Shown here one piece after another: positions 9,697 through 17,571 of a stretch of 34,273 nucleotides of DNA. This stretch comes from a virus. Its lineage: Duplodnaviria > Caudoviricetes. The notes beneath the pieces were generated by a model, which saw only the letters and a list, made by a program, of their open reading frames with translations, was not told the DNA's origin and did not search any database. Numbering within the stretch: the stretch's first letter is position 1; every line of letters begins with the position of its first letter. A program made the translations under genes and the position numbers. The DNA is taken from IMG/VR virus record IMGVR_UViG_3300017747_001801, positions 1-34,273 of that record, one strand, 5' to 3'.

Positions 9697-10884
9697 ATGC
9701 CTCGCAACGGTTCTGGTTCGTACTCATTGCCAACTGGCAACCCGGTAGTCACCGGCACCACGATTGAAGCATCGTGGGCCAACACCACGCTGAGCGACAT
9801 TGGCAACGAGCTTACCAACTCGCTGAGCCGCACGGGCGCTGGCGGGATGACGGGGGCATTTAGAGCTGCCGATGGTTCCAGCACGCTGCCTGGCATTGCG
9901 TGGGGGTCTGAGACTTCGACTGGCTTTTATCGCGCCACCACCTCGGACATGCGGGCTGTGGTGGCGACGGGGCTCATTCAGAAGTGGACGGCGGCAGGTA
10001 GTGAGTTCAACTCCAACGTCAACATCCCTGCCAATGGGCGTGTTGGCTACTTGGCGCAGTCTGATACTTCAACGGTTGCTGGTGTGACGATTCCGAATTA
10101 CGGACTCGGAGTCGGCGTGTTCACTGGCTTCACCAACCCCGGCGTATGGCTTGGCGGTTATGACGGGCTGTTGCTTGGAACCAACGGCGCTGAGCGCATG
10201 CGCATCAATTCCGCAGGCAACGTCGGTATTGGCGCTACTCCTAGCGCTTGGGGCAACGAGTTTGTTGCTTTGGAGTTTGGCGGCACAGGCGCGTCAGTGT
10301 CCTCTTACAAGTCAGCTCCGACTGCTGCAGAGTGGGCCTACTTCACATCCAACGCGTACAACGACAACACCAACTGGAAATTTATCCGCGATGGGCGTGC
10401 TGCCAATTACTCACTAAACGACGGCAAACACGTTTGGTACACATCCAGCGCGTCTGGGAGCATCGGCGGCAACGTCACCTTTAATCAGGTGATGGAAATT
10501 GACACGGCTGGCAACGTCGGTGTTGGCGTAGCCAGCCCGCAAGCCAAACTCGACGTTGGCGGCGACTACCGCGAAAAGGTCAATACCGCCAACACCGGCA
10601 CCGCGTACACCATCAACCTGTCTGACGGCACGATTCAGATTCTGACGCTGACTGGCAACTGCACGTTCACTTTCCCGACAGCAACTGCTGGCAAGTCTTT
10701 TATGATCTTGCTGAAACAAGACGGCACGGGCAGCAGGACTGTGACATGGCCTGCAAGCGTCAAGTGGCCTGGAGCGTCAGCCCCTACCGTTACAAGCACA
10801 GCAAGCAAGTTGGACAAGTACGTTTTTACCGCTGATGGAACCAACTGGTACGGCAGCAACGGCGGACAAAATTACACGGTGTAA
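9697..10884 (+). CDS. Tail fibre protein
   Basis: MPRNGSG.YSLP.GNPV..GTTI...WAN anchor, RMRI...GNVGIG fibre repeats, C-terminal LKQDGTGSRTVTWP.SVKWP module; TAAGGAG RBS. Confidence 0.8.
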   Translation: MPRNGSGSYSLPTGNPVVTGTTIEASWANTTLSDIGNELTNSLSRTGAGGMTGAFRAADGSSTLPGIAWGSETSTGFYRATTSDMRAVVATGLIQKWTAAGSEFNSNVNIPANGRVGYLAQSDTSTVAGVTIPNYGLGVGVFTGFTNPGVWLGGYDGLLLGTNGAERMRINSAGNVGIGATPSAWGNEFVALEFGGTGASVSSYKSAPTAAEWAYFTSNAYNDNTNWKFIRDGRAANYSLNDGKHVWYTSSASGSIGGNVTFNQVMEIDTAGNVGVGVASPQAKLDVGGDYREKVNTANTGTAYTINLSDGTIQILTLTGNCTFTFPTATAGKSFMILLKQDGTGSRTVTWPASVKWPGASAPTVTSTASKLDKYVFTADGTNWYGSNGGQNYTV

Positions 10885-10887
10885 ACA

Positions 10888-11706
10888 ATGTTTAGTTCTA
10901 ATACGGCTTTATACATAAAGCCTGGGCAACAGGCTTACACATCAGCAGGAACTTACAGCTGGACTTGTCCAAGTGATGTAACAAGCGTCAGTGTTGTTTG
11001 CGTTGGCGGCGGCGGGGGAGGCGGCGACAACAACGGAGATTACGGCGGCGGTGGCGGTGGCTTAGGCTATAAAAACAATATCTCTGTTAGTCCAGGAAGT
11101 ACATACACAGTAGTTGTTGGCGCTGGTGGTTTGGGTTTTACAGGTTCTCCAACAAGTTCTAGAAACGGCGGAGACAGCTACTTTATAAATTCTTCCACTG
11201 TTTGCGGATATGGCGGCAGTTCTACCGGGGGCTCATATGTCGGCGATGGCGGTGGTTCTGGAGGAAATCCGGCAACTGCTGGGGCTGGTTCTGGAGCAGG
11301 CGGCTACTCAGGTTCTGGTGGCGGCGGTACAGGAGGTGTTGCTGGATCAGGCGGTGGTGGTGGTAGTGGCAGCTATGGTGGAGTTGTTGGTAACGGAGCT
11401 GGAGGCGGCGGTGTTGGTCTTTTAGGTCAAGGAAGCAACGGCGCTGCTGGATCGCCAGCTAATGCTGTTAACTTTAACGAATTTATGGGCGGTGGCGGTG
11501 GAGGATCGGGGGGTTTTAATGGTAGCAGTACATATACTGTTGCTGGATTCCCTTACACGCCTACCAGTGGCGGCGCTGGTGGTCTTTATGGTGGTGGCGG
11601 TGGTTGCGCATATGACACCACTGGAGCCAATGGAGCCAATGGTGCTGTTCGTATCATTTGGGGCACTGGACGGGCCTTCCCATCAACTAACACAGCGGAT
11701 GTGTGA
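10888..11706 (+). CDS. Glycine-rich tail-fibre tip adhesin
   Basis: GTYSWTCP..VTSVSVVCVGGGGGG start and GANGAVRIIW end; polyglycine stretches; lower GC than flanks. Confidence 0.7.
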   Translation: MFSSNTALYIKPGQQAYTSAGTYSWTCPSDVTSVSVVCVGGGGGGGDNNGDYGGGGGGLGYKNNISVSPGSTYTVVVGAGGLGFTGSPTSSRNGGDSYFINSSTVCGYGGSSTGGSYVGDGGGSGGNPATAGAGSGAGGYSGSGGGGTGGVAGSGGGGGSGSYGGVVGNGAGGGGVGLLGQGSNGAAGSPANAVNFNEFMGGGGGGSGGFNGSSTYTVAGFPYTPTSGGAGGLYGGGGGCAYDTTGANGANGAVRIIWGTGRAFPSTNTADV

Positions 11707-11969
11707 TGACTGATGACGATTTCCGACGCCTAGAAAACAAGGTGGATAAGCTGACAGACGCGGTGACGCGTTTGATCTTGATCGAAGAACGCCAGTCATC
11801 GCAGGGCGAACGCATCGGTAAATGCGAATCAGCGATTGCCGTGCACGACATCTCCATCCACAAGACCGACCGCAAGGTGGACCAGTGGGTCAATCGCGGA
11901 ATTGGGGTGTGGGTAGCAGCCACCATGCTATTCGCTGTGGTGCAGTTTGGCGCAAGGTTTGTGAAGTGA
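11706..11969 (+). CDS. Small coiled-coil protein with C-terminal TM helix (holin/XhlA-like)
   Basis: TGATG coupling; coiled coil followed by hydrophobic GIGVWVAATMLFAVVQFG; first gene of the lysis cluster. Confidence 0.55.
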   Translation: MTDDDFRRLENKVDKLTDAVTRLILIEERQSSQGERIGKCESAIAVHDISIHKTDRKVDQWVNRGIGVWVAATMLFAVVQFGARFVK

Positions 11970-12433
11970 TTGAGGCGCTGTTCTCCTTCCTTGGCGGAAG
12001 CGTCTTCCGCATGATCTGGGGCGAAGTGTCTGCTTGGTACAACAAGCGCCAAGACCACGCTCATGAGATTGAGCGCATGCGCCTGCAAAGCGAGATGGAA
12101 GACAAGGCGCATGAGCGCATGCAGGCCGCGCTGACTCTGCAGCACCAGCTTGGCATCCAGATGGTTGAGGCCAAGGCCGAAGCGGACGTTGCCGTAGCCG
12201 AGGCCAGCGCGTTTGCCAAGGTTATGGAAAACGCCTTCAAGCCCACCGGCTGGGCTATCGTGGACATCTGGAACGGCATCATCCGCCCGTCTGCGGCCAC
12301 CATTGCGCTCACGCTGTGGGTGCTCAAGCTGGCTTCGCAGAACTGGAAAATGGATGAGTGGGACGTCACCTTGGCGGGCACCGTGCTGGGCTTCTTCTTT
12401 GCTGACAGGTCGCTTGGCAAGCGTGGGAAATGA
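11966..12433 (+). CDS. Putative holin (3-TM type)
   Basis: GTGA-coupled start MIEALFSFLGG; IRP...T and GFFF..RSL.K motifs; directly upstream of the lysozyme. Confidence 0.65.
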   Translation: MIEALFSFLGGSVFRMIWGEVSAWYNKRQDHAHEIERMRLQSEMEDKAHERMQAALTLQHQLGIQMVEAKAEADVAVAEASAFAKVMENAFKPTGWAIVDIWNGIIRPSAATIALTLWVLKLASQNWKMDEWDVTLAGTVLGFFFADRSLGKRGK

Positions 12434-12873
12434 GCGCCATACAGGTTGCGCGTGACCTGTGCTTGGTGTTTGAGGGCATGTACCTCAAGCCCTACCTGTG
12501 TCCCGCAGCAGTCCCCACGATTGGCGTTGGCAGCACGTTCTACGAGAGCGGCACCCGCGTATCGCTCAAAGACCCGCCTATCACGCGTGAGCGGGCTATG
12601 GCGCTTTTGGAGTGGGAGCTAGAGCACTGCCTGCCGCGTGTACTAAAGCTCTGCCCTGGGCTTCCTGCGTGGGGCGAGCAGGCCACCGGGGCCGTCCTTG
12701 ATTTTGCGTTCAATTGCGGCACAGGCGCCCTGCAGAACAGCACCCTGCGCAGGCGTATCAACGAGGACGATGACGCTGGCGCCCGCACAGAACTGATGAA
12801 ATGGGTGCGAGGTGGTGGTAAGGTTCTGCCCGGACTGGTCCGAAGGCGGGCCGCAGAATGTTCGCTCATTTAG
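12430..12873 (+). CDS. Endolysin, GH24 phage lysozyme
   Basis: E-8aa-C-5aa-T catalytic triad (FEGMYLKPYLCPAAVPTIG), DFAFN.G, STL.R.IN, KW..GGG.VLPGLVRRR.AE. Confidence 0.92.
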   Translation: MSAIQVARDLCLVFEGMYLKPYLCPAAVPTIGVGSTFYESGTRVSLKDPPITRERAMALLEWELEHCLPRVLKLCPGLPAWGEQATGAVLDFAFNCGTGALQNSTLRRRINEDDDAGARTELMKWVRGGGKVLPGLVRRRAAECSLI

Positions 12874-13055
12874 GGCACAAAAATGGCACACGGTGAGTGC
12901 CGAGGTGAGCTAAGTGCTTGATCGGAGAGGTGTCCGAGCGGTCGAAGGCGCTGGACTGGAATCGCGTTTTCGCAACAACAAAACCAAGCAAAACAAAGGG
13001 TTATCAGCACCTCACAGTTGCATTTCTCGCACAATCACGGCACACAAATGACACA
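12874..13055 (+). other. attP-like site 1: arm repeats, IHF-like sites and 39-bp core equal to the 5' half of tRNA-Ser(GGA)
   Basis: GGCACA-N5-GGCACA 12874-12890; TAAGTGCTTGAT 12911-12922; core GGAGAGGTGTCCGAGCGGTCGAAGGCGCTGGACTGGAAT 12924-12962; AAACAAAGGGTTA 12991-13003; CGCACA/GGCACA/GACACA at 13028/13039/13050. Confidence 0.8.
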
Positions 13056-13065
13056 AGGATGTGCT

Positions 13066-13251
13066 GTGAAAGATGACTCTTCCCAAGTTTGTCTGCGCGA
13101 GCTTAGCGAACTCAGAGACACCAACAAGAGACTGCTAGAGGTGCTCTGGCGCATTGCGGCTTCAGATCCAAATCACAAGCACTTCGCCACGTTGGTGATG
13201 GCCGAGGTCAGGGAGGCCATTGAGTTTGCTGAAGATTCCTCCCTGCTATGA
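13066..13251 (+). CDS. Small hypothetical protein (61 aa)
   Basis: AAGGA RBS before GTG 13066; stop overlaps the MTase start (ATGA). Confidence 0.55.
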   Translation: MKDDSSQVCLRELSELRDTNKRLLEVLWRIAASDPNHKHFATLVMAEVREAIEFAEDSSLL

Positions 13252-14252
13252 ACCGCGTCGAATTTGGAGACTGCCGCGACACGATGCGGCGCTGGGCTAT
13301 CGAAGGCGTGAAAGCCCAGATGTGCGTCACCAGCCCACCATACTTTGGCCTGCGCGACTACGGACATAAAGGCCAAATTGGGCTTGAGCAGACACCAGAG
13401 GAATACATTGCCGCGATGGTCGAAGTGTTCCGCTGTGTGCGCAATGTGCTGGCCGACGATGGGACGCTGTGGCTAAACATTGGTGACAGCTACAACAACT
13501 TCCGCAGCCAAATGGGGCCGGGACAATCCGTTCACGGGCGTGACAAACTGAACGGGAAACCAGACGTAAAGGCGAAAAAGCGCGGCGTCGACGGCCTGAA
13601 AGAAAAAGACCTGATTGGCATCCCTTGGATGCTCGCTTTCGCCCTACGCGCAGACGGCTGGTATCTGCGCCAAGACATCATTTGGCACAAGCCCAACCCG
13701 ATGCCTGAGAGCGTGCGCGACCGCTGCACCAAGGCGCATGAGTACATCTTCCTGCTGTCGAAGTCGGAGAGGTATCTTTTTGACAGCGAGGCGATGCAGG
13801 AGCCTGCGACGGGGCGTGACCCTGGGAACATCACGCCGCACAAGCACGCAGGAGAGCGGTTTGCGGAAACGAAGTCCAACCTAGCCAGCGTTGGGGCGCG
13901 TGAAACGCGCAATCGCCGCAGCGTCTGGACTGTCGCCACACGCCCCTACAAAGGCGCTCATTTCGCCACGTTCCCGCCCGCGTTGATCGAGCCCTGCATC
14001 CTTGCGGGTTCACGCCCTGGTGACATTGTGCTGGACCCGTTCATGGGGTCAGGAACCACTGCGCAGGTTGCCATGCAACATGATCGAAAATATCTTGGAT
14101 GCGAACTCAATGAGGATTACGCTACTTTGCAACAGCAGAGACTTTTTGGAATCCAGCAACAAACGCGCTGCTTGTTCGATCAAGCGGACAAGCTGGACTT
14201 CAACGGCACAAAAATGGCACATTGCATCCAGCACCCGCATGCAAGTCTTTGA
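13248..14252 (+). CDS. Orphan DNA methyltransferase, beta class N4-C/N6-A (N6_N4_Mtase family)
   Basis: Motif IV TSPPY before motif I DPFMGSGTT; IIW.KPNPMPES, H.ATFP; no cognate endonuclease adjacent. Confidence 0.93.
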   Translation: MNRVEFGDCRDTMRRWAIEGVKAQMCVTSPPYFGLRDYGHKGQIGLEQTPEEYIAAMVEVFRCVRNVLADDGTLWLNIGDSYNNFRSQMGPGQSVHGRDKLNGKPDVKAKKRGVDGLKEKDLIGIPWMLAFALRADGWYLRQDIIWHKPNPMPESVRDRCTKAHEYIFLLSKSERYLFDSEAMQEPATGRDPGNITPHKHAGERFAETKSNLASVGARETRNRRSVWTVATRPYKGAHFATFPPALIEPCILAGSRPGDIVLDPFMGSGTTAQVAMQHDRKYLGCELNEDYATLQQQRLFGIQQQTRCLFDQADKLDFNGTKMAHCIQHPHASL

Positions 14253-14385
14253 TTGGAGAGGTGTCCGAGCGGTCGAAGGCGCTGGACTGGAATTCGGTCT
14301 AGCCCAAAAAAAAGCCCCTGCAATCAGGGGCTTAACTCTTGCGAGAGGAGAGCTGCCGGTTAACCGGCGGCACGATTCTGGCACA
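14205..14385 (+). other. attP-like site 2
   Basis: GGCACA-N5-GGCACA 14205-14221; CAAGTCTTTGATT 14242-14254; identical core 14255-14293; AATCAGGGGCTTA 14322-14334; GGCACG-N5-GGCACA 14369-14385. Confidence 0.8.
14306..14333 (-). terminator. Intrinsic terminator for the leftward int transcript
   Basis: AAGCCCCTG-CAAT-CAGGGGCTT hairpin next to an A8 run (U-tract on the minus strand); overlaps an IHF-like site. Confidence 0.7.
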
Positions 14386-14388
14386 TGG

Positions 14389-14592
14389 TCACGGCCTAAC
14401 ATTACCCTCGACATTTTTCTCGATCCATCGGGTAAGACGCGCCAGTTCTTCCGCAGTTTTGTAATACCTCTTGGCAGTTTCATGGTTCCCGTCATGTCCT
14501 GCCGAGATGGACATTTCTTCAAAAAACTCCATCGCCATGCTGGCAAATGTGTGAGCGTCCAAGTTAATGCGCAGGGAGTTTGTGTAGTTCAT
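14389..14592 (-). CDS. Small hypothetical protein downstream of integrase
   Basis: 67 aa ORF with purine-rich leader, filling the gap between int and att2. Confidence 0.55.
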   Translation of the reverse strand: MNYTNSLRINLDAHTFASMAMEFFEEMSISAGHDGNHETAKRYYKTAEELARLTRWIEKNVEGNVRP

Positions 14593-14604
14593 AGTGCTCT
14601 TTCT

Positions 14605-15555
14605 TCAAAAATTGATGCGCTCTGCAGCCGCTGCCAGATGCGACGGCGCAAAAGCAACGTACCTCTGCACCATGCTGTGCGAGGCCCAGCCGCCAAGTTC
14701 CTGCAGTACCTGAATCGGCGTACCCGCCTGAGCGTGCCAGGACGCCCAGGTGTGGCGCAGGTCATGGAACCTGAACCCCGGCACGCCCGCCTTTTCGCAC
14801 GCGCTCTGCCACACGCTGCGGCTGATGTGCGCGATGCCAAACACAGACCCATGACGGTGCGGCAGCGCCTTCAGCAGCGCCACAGCGGCCTCATTGAGCG
14901 GCACAACGATCTGCTTGCCGCCCTTGGCGTCTTCAGGCGCCACCTTGGCCGTCGCCGCCTCAAGGTTGACAGCATCCCAGCGCAGGCCAAGGACATTGGC
15001 GCGGCGTAAGCCGGTGAGCATCGCAAACCGCACGGCAGGCCGGTACTTGGGCAGCAGGTTAGCCAACAGCGCCTCTGCCTGCTCACGCGTCAGGAACGTC
15101 TCGCGCTTGTTGTTCTCGCGCTCAGCCTTGATGAACGGGGCGCGGTCGATCAAGTCCCACTCGCGCTCTGCGGCCTTAAGGATGGAGCGGATGAGCGCCC
15201 GGTATCGGTTGCGAGTGGCGGGCTTGGCGTCCTTGGGAAGAATCTTCTCAACACGCTCCCGCGTGATCTCGCTCAACTGCCTGGCGCCCAGCTTGGGCTT
15301 GATGAGGCCAATGCGCAGCTTGTCTGTCTCTATGCTGCGCTTGCCTGCCTTCTCAATCAGCCAGCGGTCGCACGCCTGCCCAAACGTGCATTTTGGGCGC
15401 TCCTTGAGCACGCCCACGCGCCAGAGTTCACCAACGCGCATGTCATGCGCCTGCTTGGCTGCGGCTTTGTCGCCGGTCTTGAGCGATTCCCGGATGCGTT
15501 TGCCGTTGATCTGGACATCGAGCCAGTACACTTCATTACGCAGCTTGAGGGCCAT
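14605..15555 (-). CDS. int: Tyrosine recombinase / integrase
   Basis: N-terminal arm-binding beta domain (YWLDVQINGKRIRESLKT), TGLRRAN (R), K, HDLRHT (HxxR), LGGW (H/W), MVQRY (Y); CAGGAG RBS. Confidence 0.95.
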   Translation of the reverse strand: MALKLRNEVYWLDVQINGKRIRESLKTGDKAAAKQAHDMRVGELWRVGVLKERPKCTFGQACDRWLIEKAGKRSIETDKLRIGLIKPKLGARQLSEITRERVEKILPKDAKPATRNRYRALIRSILKAAEREWDLIDRAPFIKAERENNKRETFLTREQAEALLANLLPKYRPAVRFAMLTGLRRANVLGLRWDAVNLEAATAKVAPEDAKGGKQIVVPLNEAAVALLKALPHRHGSVFGIAHISRSVWQSACEKAGVPGFRFHDLRHTWASWHAQAGTPIQVLQELGGWASHSMVQRYVAFAPSHLAAAAERINF

Positions 15556-15573
15556 GTGAGTCTCCTGTGGTGT

Positions 15574-15608
15574 GGAGTCATTCTCACATCAAGGTGCGGA
15601 AAGCGCAA
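15574..15608 (-). promoter_or_regulatory. Putative int promoter overlapped by operator-like palindromes
   Basis: Minus strand TTGCGC-17bp-GAGAAT; TGCG-GAAAG-CGCA at 15595-15607 and degenerate GGAG-TCATT-CTCA at 15574-15586. Confidence 0.5.
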
Positions 15609-16074
15609 TACCCCAGTGTGCGATTAGGCAGGCTTCCGCCCTATCTGCGTCTTTGACGCGCTTGAACTCACCCGCCTGTGCGGGCCACAGCGCAATGGCC
15701 TTGGCGCGTGAGCCGTCTTTGCTCTGGTTCAGGTTCATGTCCCGCTTCCACTTGGCAGGCGGCACCAGCGTGACGGGTATGTGCATGGCAGCCAGCACGC
15801 CCTTGATGATGCCCAGCGCCTCGCCAAAAGCGAACGCGGATGTCACGCCCATCTGCGGGCTGGCGCTCACAGACTCGATGTAAGCGGCAACCGTGTACTC
15901 AGCGCGGCCTCGCAGTTCTGCGGCCAGCAGTTCAGGGCTGATGCGGTTCTTTGTGGCTTTGCCCACCTTCACCTCCATCGTGGGCATGTCGAACACCTCG
16001 ACCAGCTTGCCGTCCTGCGTCAGCACGGCCACCGCTCCGTGTATCCCTGGGTCTACCCCAATAACGTAGTTCAC
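15589..16074 (-). CDS. RuvC-like Holliday junction resolvase
   Basis: VIGVDPG..GAVA, YIE.V...P.MG..SAF.FG, P..WK, D.DRAEA.LIA motifs. Confidence 0.88.
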   Translation of the reverse strand: MNYVIGVDPGIHGAVAVLTQDGKLVEVFDMPTMEVKVGKATKNRISPELLAAELRGRAEYTVAAYIESVSASPQMGVTSAFAFGEALGIIKGVLAAMHIPVTLVPPAKWKRDMNLNQSKDGSRAKAIALWPAQAGEFKRVKDADRAEACLIAHWGIALSAP

Positions 16075-16319
16075 GCTTCGCCTTTCACCAGCTTCTCAAT
16101 CTCCCGTGCGAACTTGATAGGCGCTCGCCCAGTGAACTGCGTTCTGTCCCATGCGGCTTCAATGTCCTCGATGCACAGCGGGCTGAACAAGTGACTGCGT
16201 AGACGTTCTTTCTCAATGACCAGCTTGCGAATCTCCGCGTGCAGCTCCTTGCAGATGCGCTCATGCGTGTCTGCGCTGATGTAGTTGCCCGGTGGCAACA
16301 CCTCAAAGTTCCCGGTCAT
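16071..16319 (-). CDS. Hypothetical protein
   Basis: 82 aa, 4-nt overlaps with both neighbours; FAREIE ending common in phage early proteins. Confidence 0.6.
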   Translation of the reverse strand: MTGNFEVLPPGNYISADTHERICKELHAEIRKLVIEKERLRSHLFSPLCIEDIEAAWDRTQFTGRAPIKFAREIEKLVKGEA

Positions 16320-17485
16320 GGCTGGAAACTCCTCAACGTGTCGAGTGACTTGCTGATGCGCGTTTTCTTCTCGCGCACAGTCTGCGTGTCGCGCTTGGTG
16401 GGTATCGCGTCCAAGTCATCGCTGGGCATGTCGGGCCACGGGTCAACCGCCGTGGGCTTGACCACCTTGGCGGTGGTGAACACCTCTTTCATCGCGCCCA
16501 CATCCTCAATCAGTGAGCCTGGGCAGTGCTCCAGCTCACGCGATGAGAAACGCGGCTCAGGGCCGGGGCCGTTGCTGAACTGCTTGCCTGACGCCTTGTG
16601 CGTATAGATGACATAGTTGTCGCCGCCGTCTGTGGGCGTGGCATACGGCACCAACGCGGGGATCATCAGGTGGTGCTGACATCCGTGCCGCTGCATGTTG
16701 ATGGAAATTGCCTGTTTGTCGAGTTCACAGCGCCATTCAGCCTTTGTCGCTGGCGTGGCGTGGCAGCATGTTCTGCAGTTGGATTCCGCTGCCTTGTCGC
16801 CGTGGCACACGGGGTGGAAGTTGCACATCTTGCACTGCCAGTGCGCTGGGTCTTCTGACAGGCGCTGCGGGGGCTCTGTCATGTCAATGAGGCGCTGTGC
16901 CTTCAGCAGCAGTTGCTTGAAGCGATCCTCATCAAAATGGACCCATTCGGTATGCACATCATCTGTGTTCTTGTTGACCCCCATATACAGTGCGCGGTCA
17001 ATCTCCATGAGGCCCATGTAGACCTGCATCTGATCGTAGTGCTGGGGCTTGGCCTCTTTGACCTTCTTGGCAACAAGTGCCGTGTATGACTTGTCGTTGT
17101 GTGTTTTGAACTCCAGCACGCAGGGGGTCTTTGGCGCCTCTGGCACGCCTTGAGCCACGCCATCAAGGCTGCCGCCGAAGTGGCCGTTGCACGCGCTCAC
17201 GCGCCACTGTGCGCCCGTGTCAGGGTCTGTCTCCCAGACAGTCGCGCCAATGCCGCGCAGCTCTTCAATCAGGCGCGGCTCTTCGCGCACGCCACTGCTG
17301 AACAATCGCAGGATGCGGCCAGGAAACGATGGCTTGAGCGCCCAGCGCCATGTGTTCCAGATGTAGCGTTCGCACTCATGGCCGATAAGGCTGGCGCCCA
17401 TGTGCGGCCTGTGCTCTTGCGGCTTGCTCTCGTACCACTTGACGATGGCCGCGCTGGTTGTGTGTTGGCTCATGGGTATCTTCAT
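16316..17485 (-). CDS. PD-(D/E)XK exonuclease (Cas4-like, with Cys cluster)
   Basis: H.GAS.IG..C.R, GSLDG, LEFKT, QMQVYM, C..C.....C motifs. Confidence 0.85.
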   Translation of the reverse strand: MKIPMSQHTTSAAIVKWYESKPQEHRPHMGASLIGHECERYIWNTWRWALKPSFPGRILRLFSSGVREEPRLIEELRGIGATVWETDPDTGAQWRVSACNGHFGGSLDGVAQGVPEAPKTPCVLEFKTHNDKSYTALVAKKVKEAKPQHYDQMQVYMGLMEIDRALYMGVNKNTDDVHTEWVHFDEDRFKQLLLKAQRLIDMTEPPQRLSEDPAHWQCKMCNFHPVCHGDKAAESNCRTCCHATPATKAEWRCELDKQAISINMQRHGCQHHLMIPALVPYATPTDGGDNYVIYTHKASGKQFSNGPGPEPRFSSRELEHCPGSLIEDVGAMKEVFTTAKVVKPTAVDPWPDMPSDDLDAIPTKRDTQTVREKKTRISKSLDTLRSFQP

Positions 17486-17566
17486 GGTTAAGGAGGTGGC
17501 CCACGCGCAACCGTGGGCTATCGCGTCTCAGGAGAGCTAAAACGCTCACCGGGCTTCCGGCCACCT
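17486..17566 (-). ncRNA. Candidate cloverleaf structured RNA between the SSB and nuclease genes
   Basis: Closing stem AGGUG/CACCU enclosing three hairpins; G-U wobble pairs work only on the minus (transcribed) strand. Confidence 0.45.
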
Positions 17567-17571
17567 ATTGA

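Larger units (their letters stand above)
12924..14293. mobile_element. Putative excisable 1331-bp methyltransferase cassette bounded by identical att cores
   Basis: 39-bp perfect direct repeat at 12924-12962 and 14255-14293, each with full arm architecture; integrase gene 0.3 kb away. Confidence 0.55.

Noticed and set aside
9697-11706. Diversity-generating retroelement or invertible tail-fibre shufflon
   Set aside because: No reverse transcriptase, no TR/VR pair, no invertase and no inverted fibre cassettes seen in the window
13248-14252. Complete restriction-modification system
   Set aside because: No endonuclease-sized ORF nearby; the 61-aa partner has no recognisable nuclease or C-protein HTH motif
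12924-14293. Intact tRNA-Ser genes at 12924 and 14255
   Set aside because: Both copies stop at the anticodon loop; there is no 3' anticodon strand, variable arm, T-arm or acceptor 3' strand
12924-14293. CRISPR array or prophage attL/attR boundaries suggested by the 39-bp direct repeat
   Set aside because: Only two copies, 1331 bp apart; phage genes continue on both sides and no host genes are present
14002-15009. 335-aa + strand ORF spanning att2 and antisense to int
   Set aside because: No RBS or recognisable motifs; a shadow frame of GC-rich coding sequence crossing a terminator
16316-17485. Cas4 of a CRISPR-Cas system
   Set aside because: No cas1/cas2 or array; it sits in the standard Sak4-SSB-exonuclease recombination module
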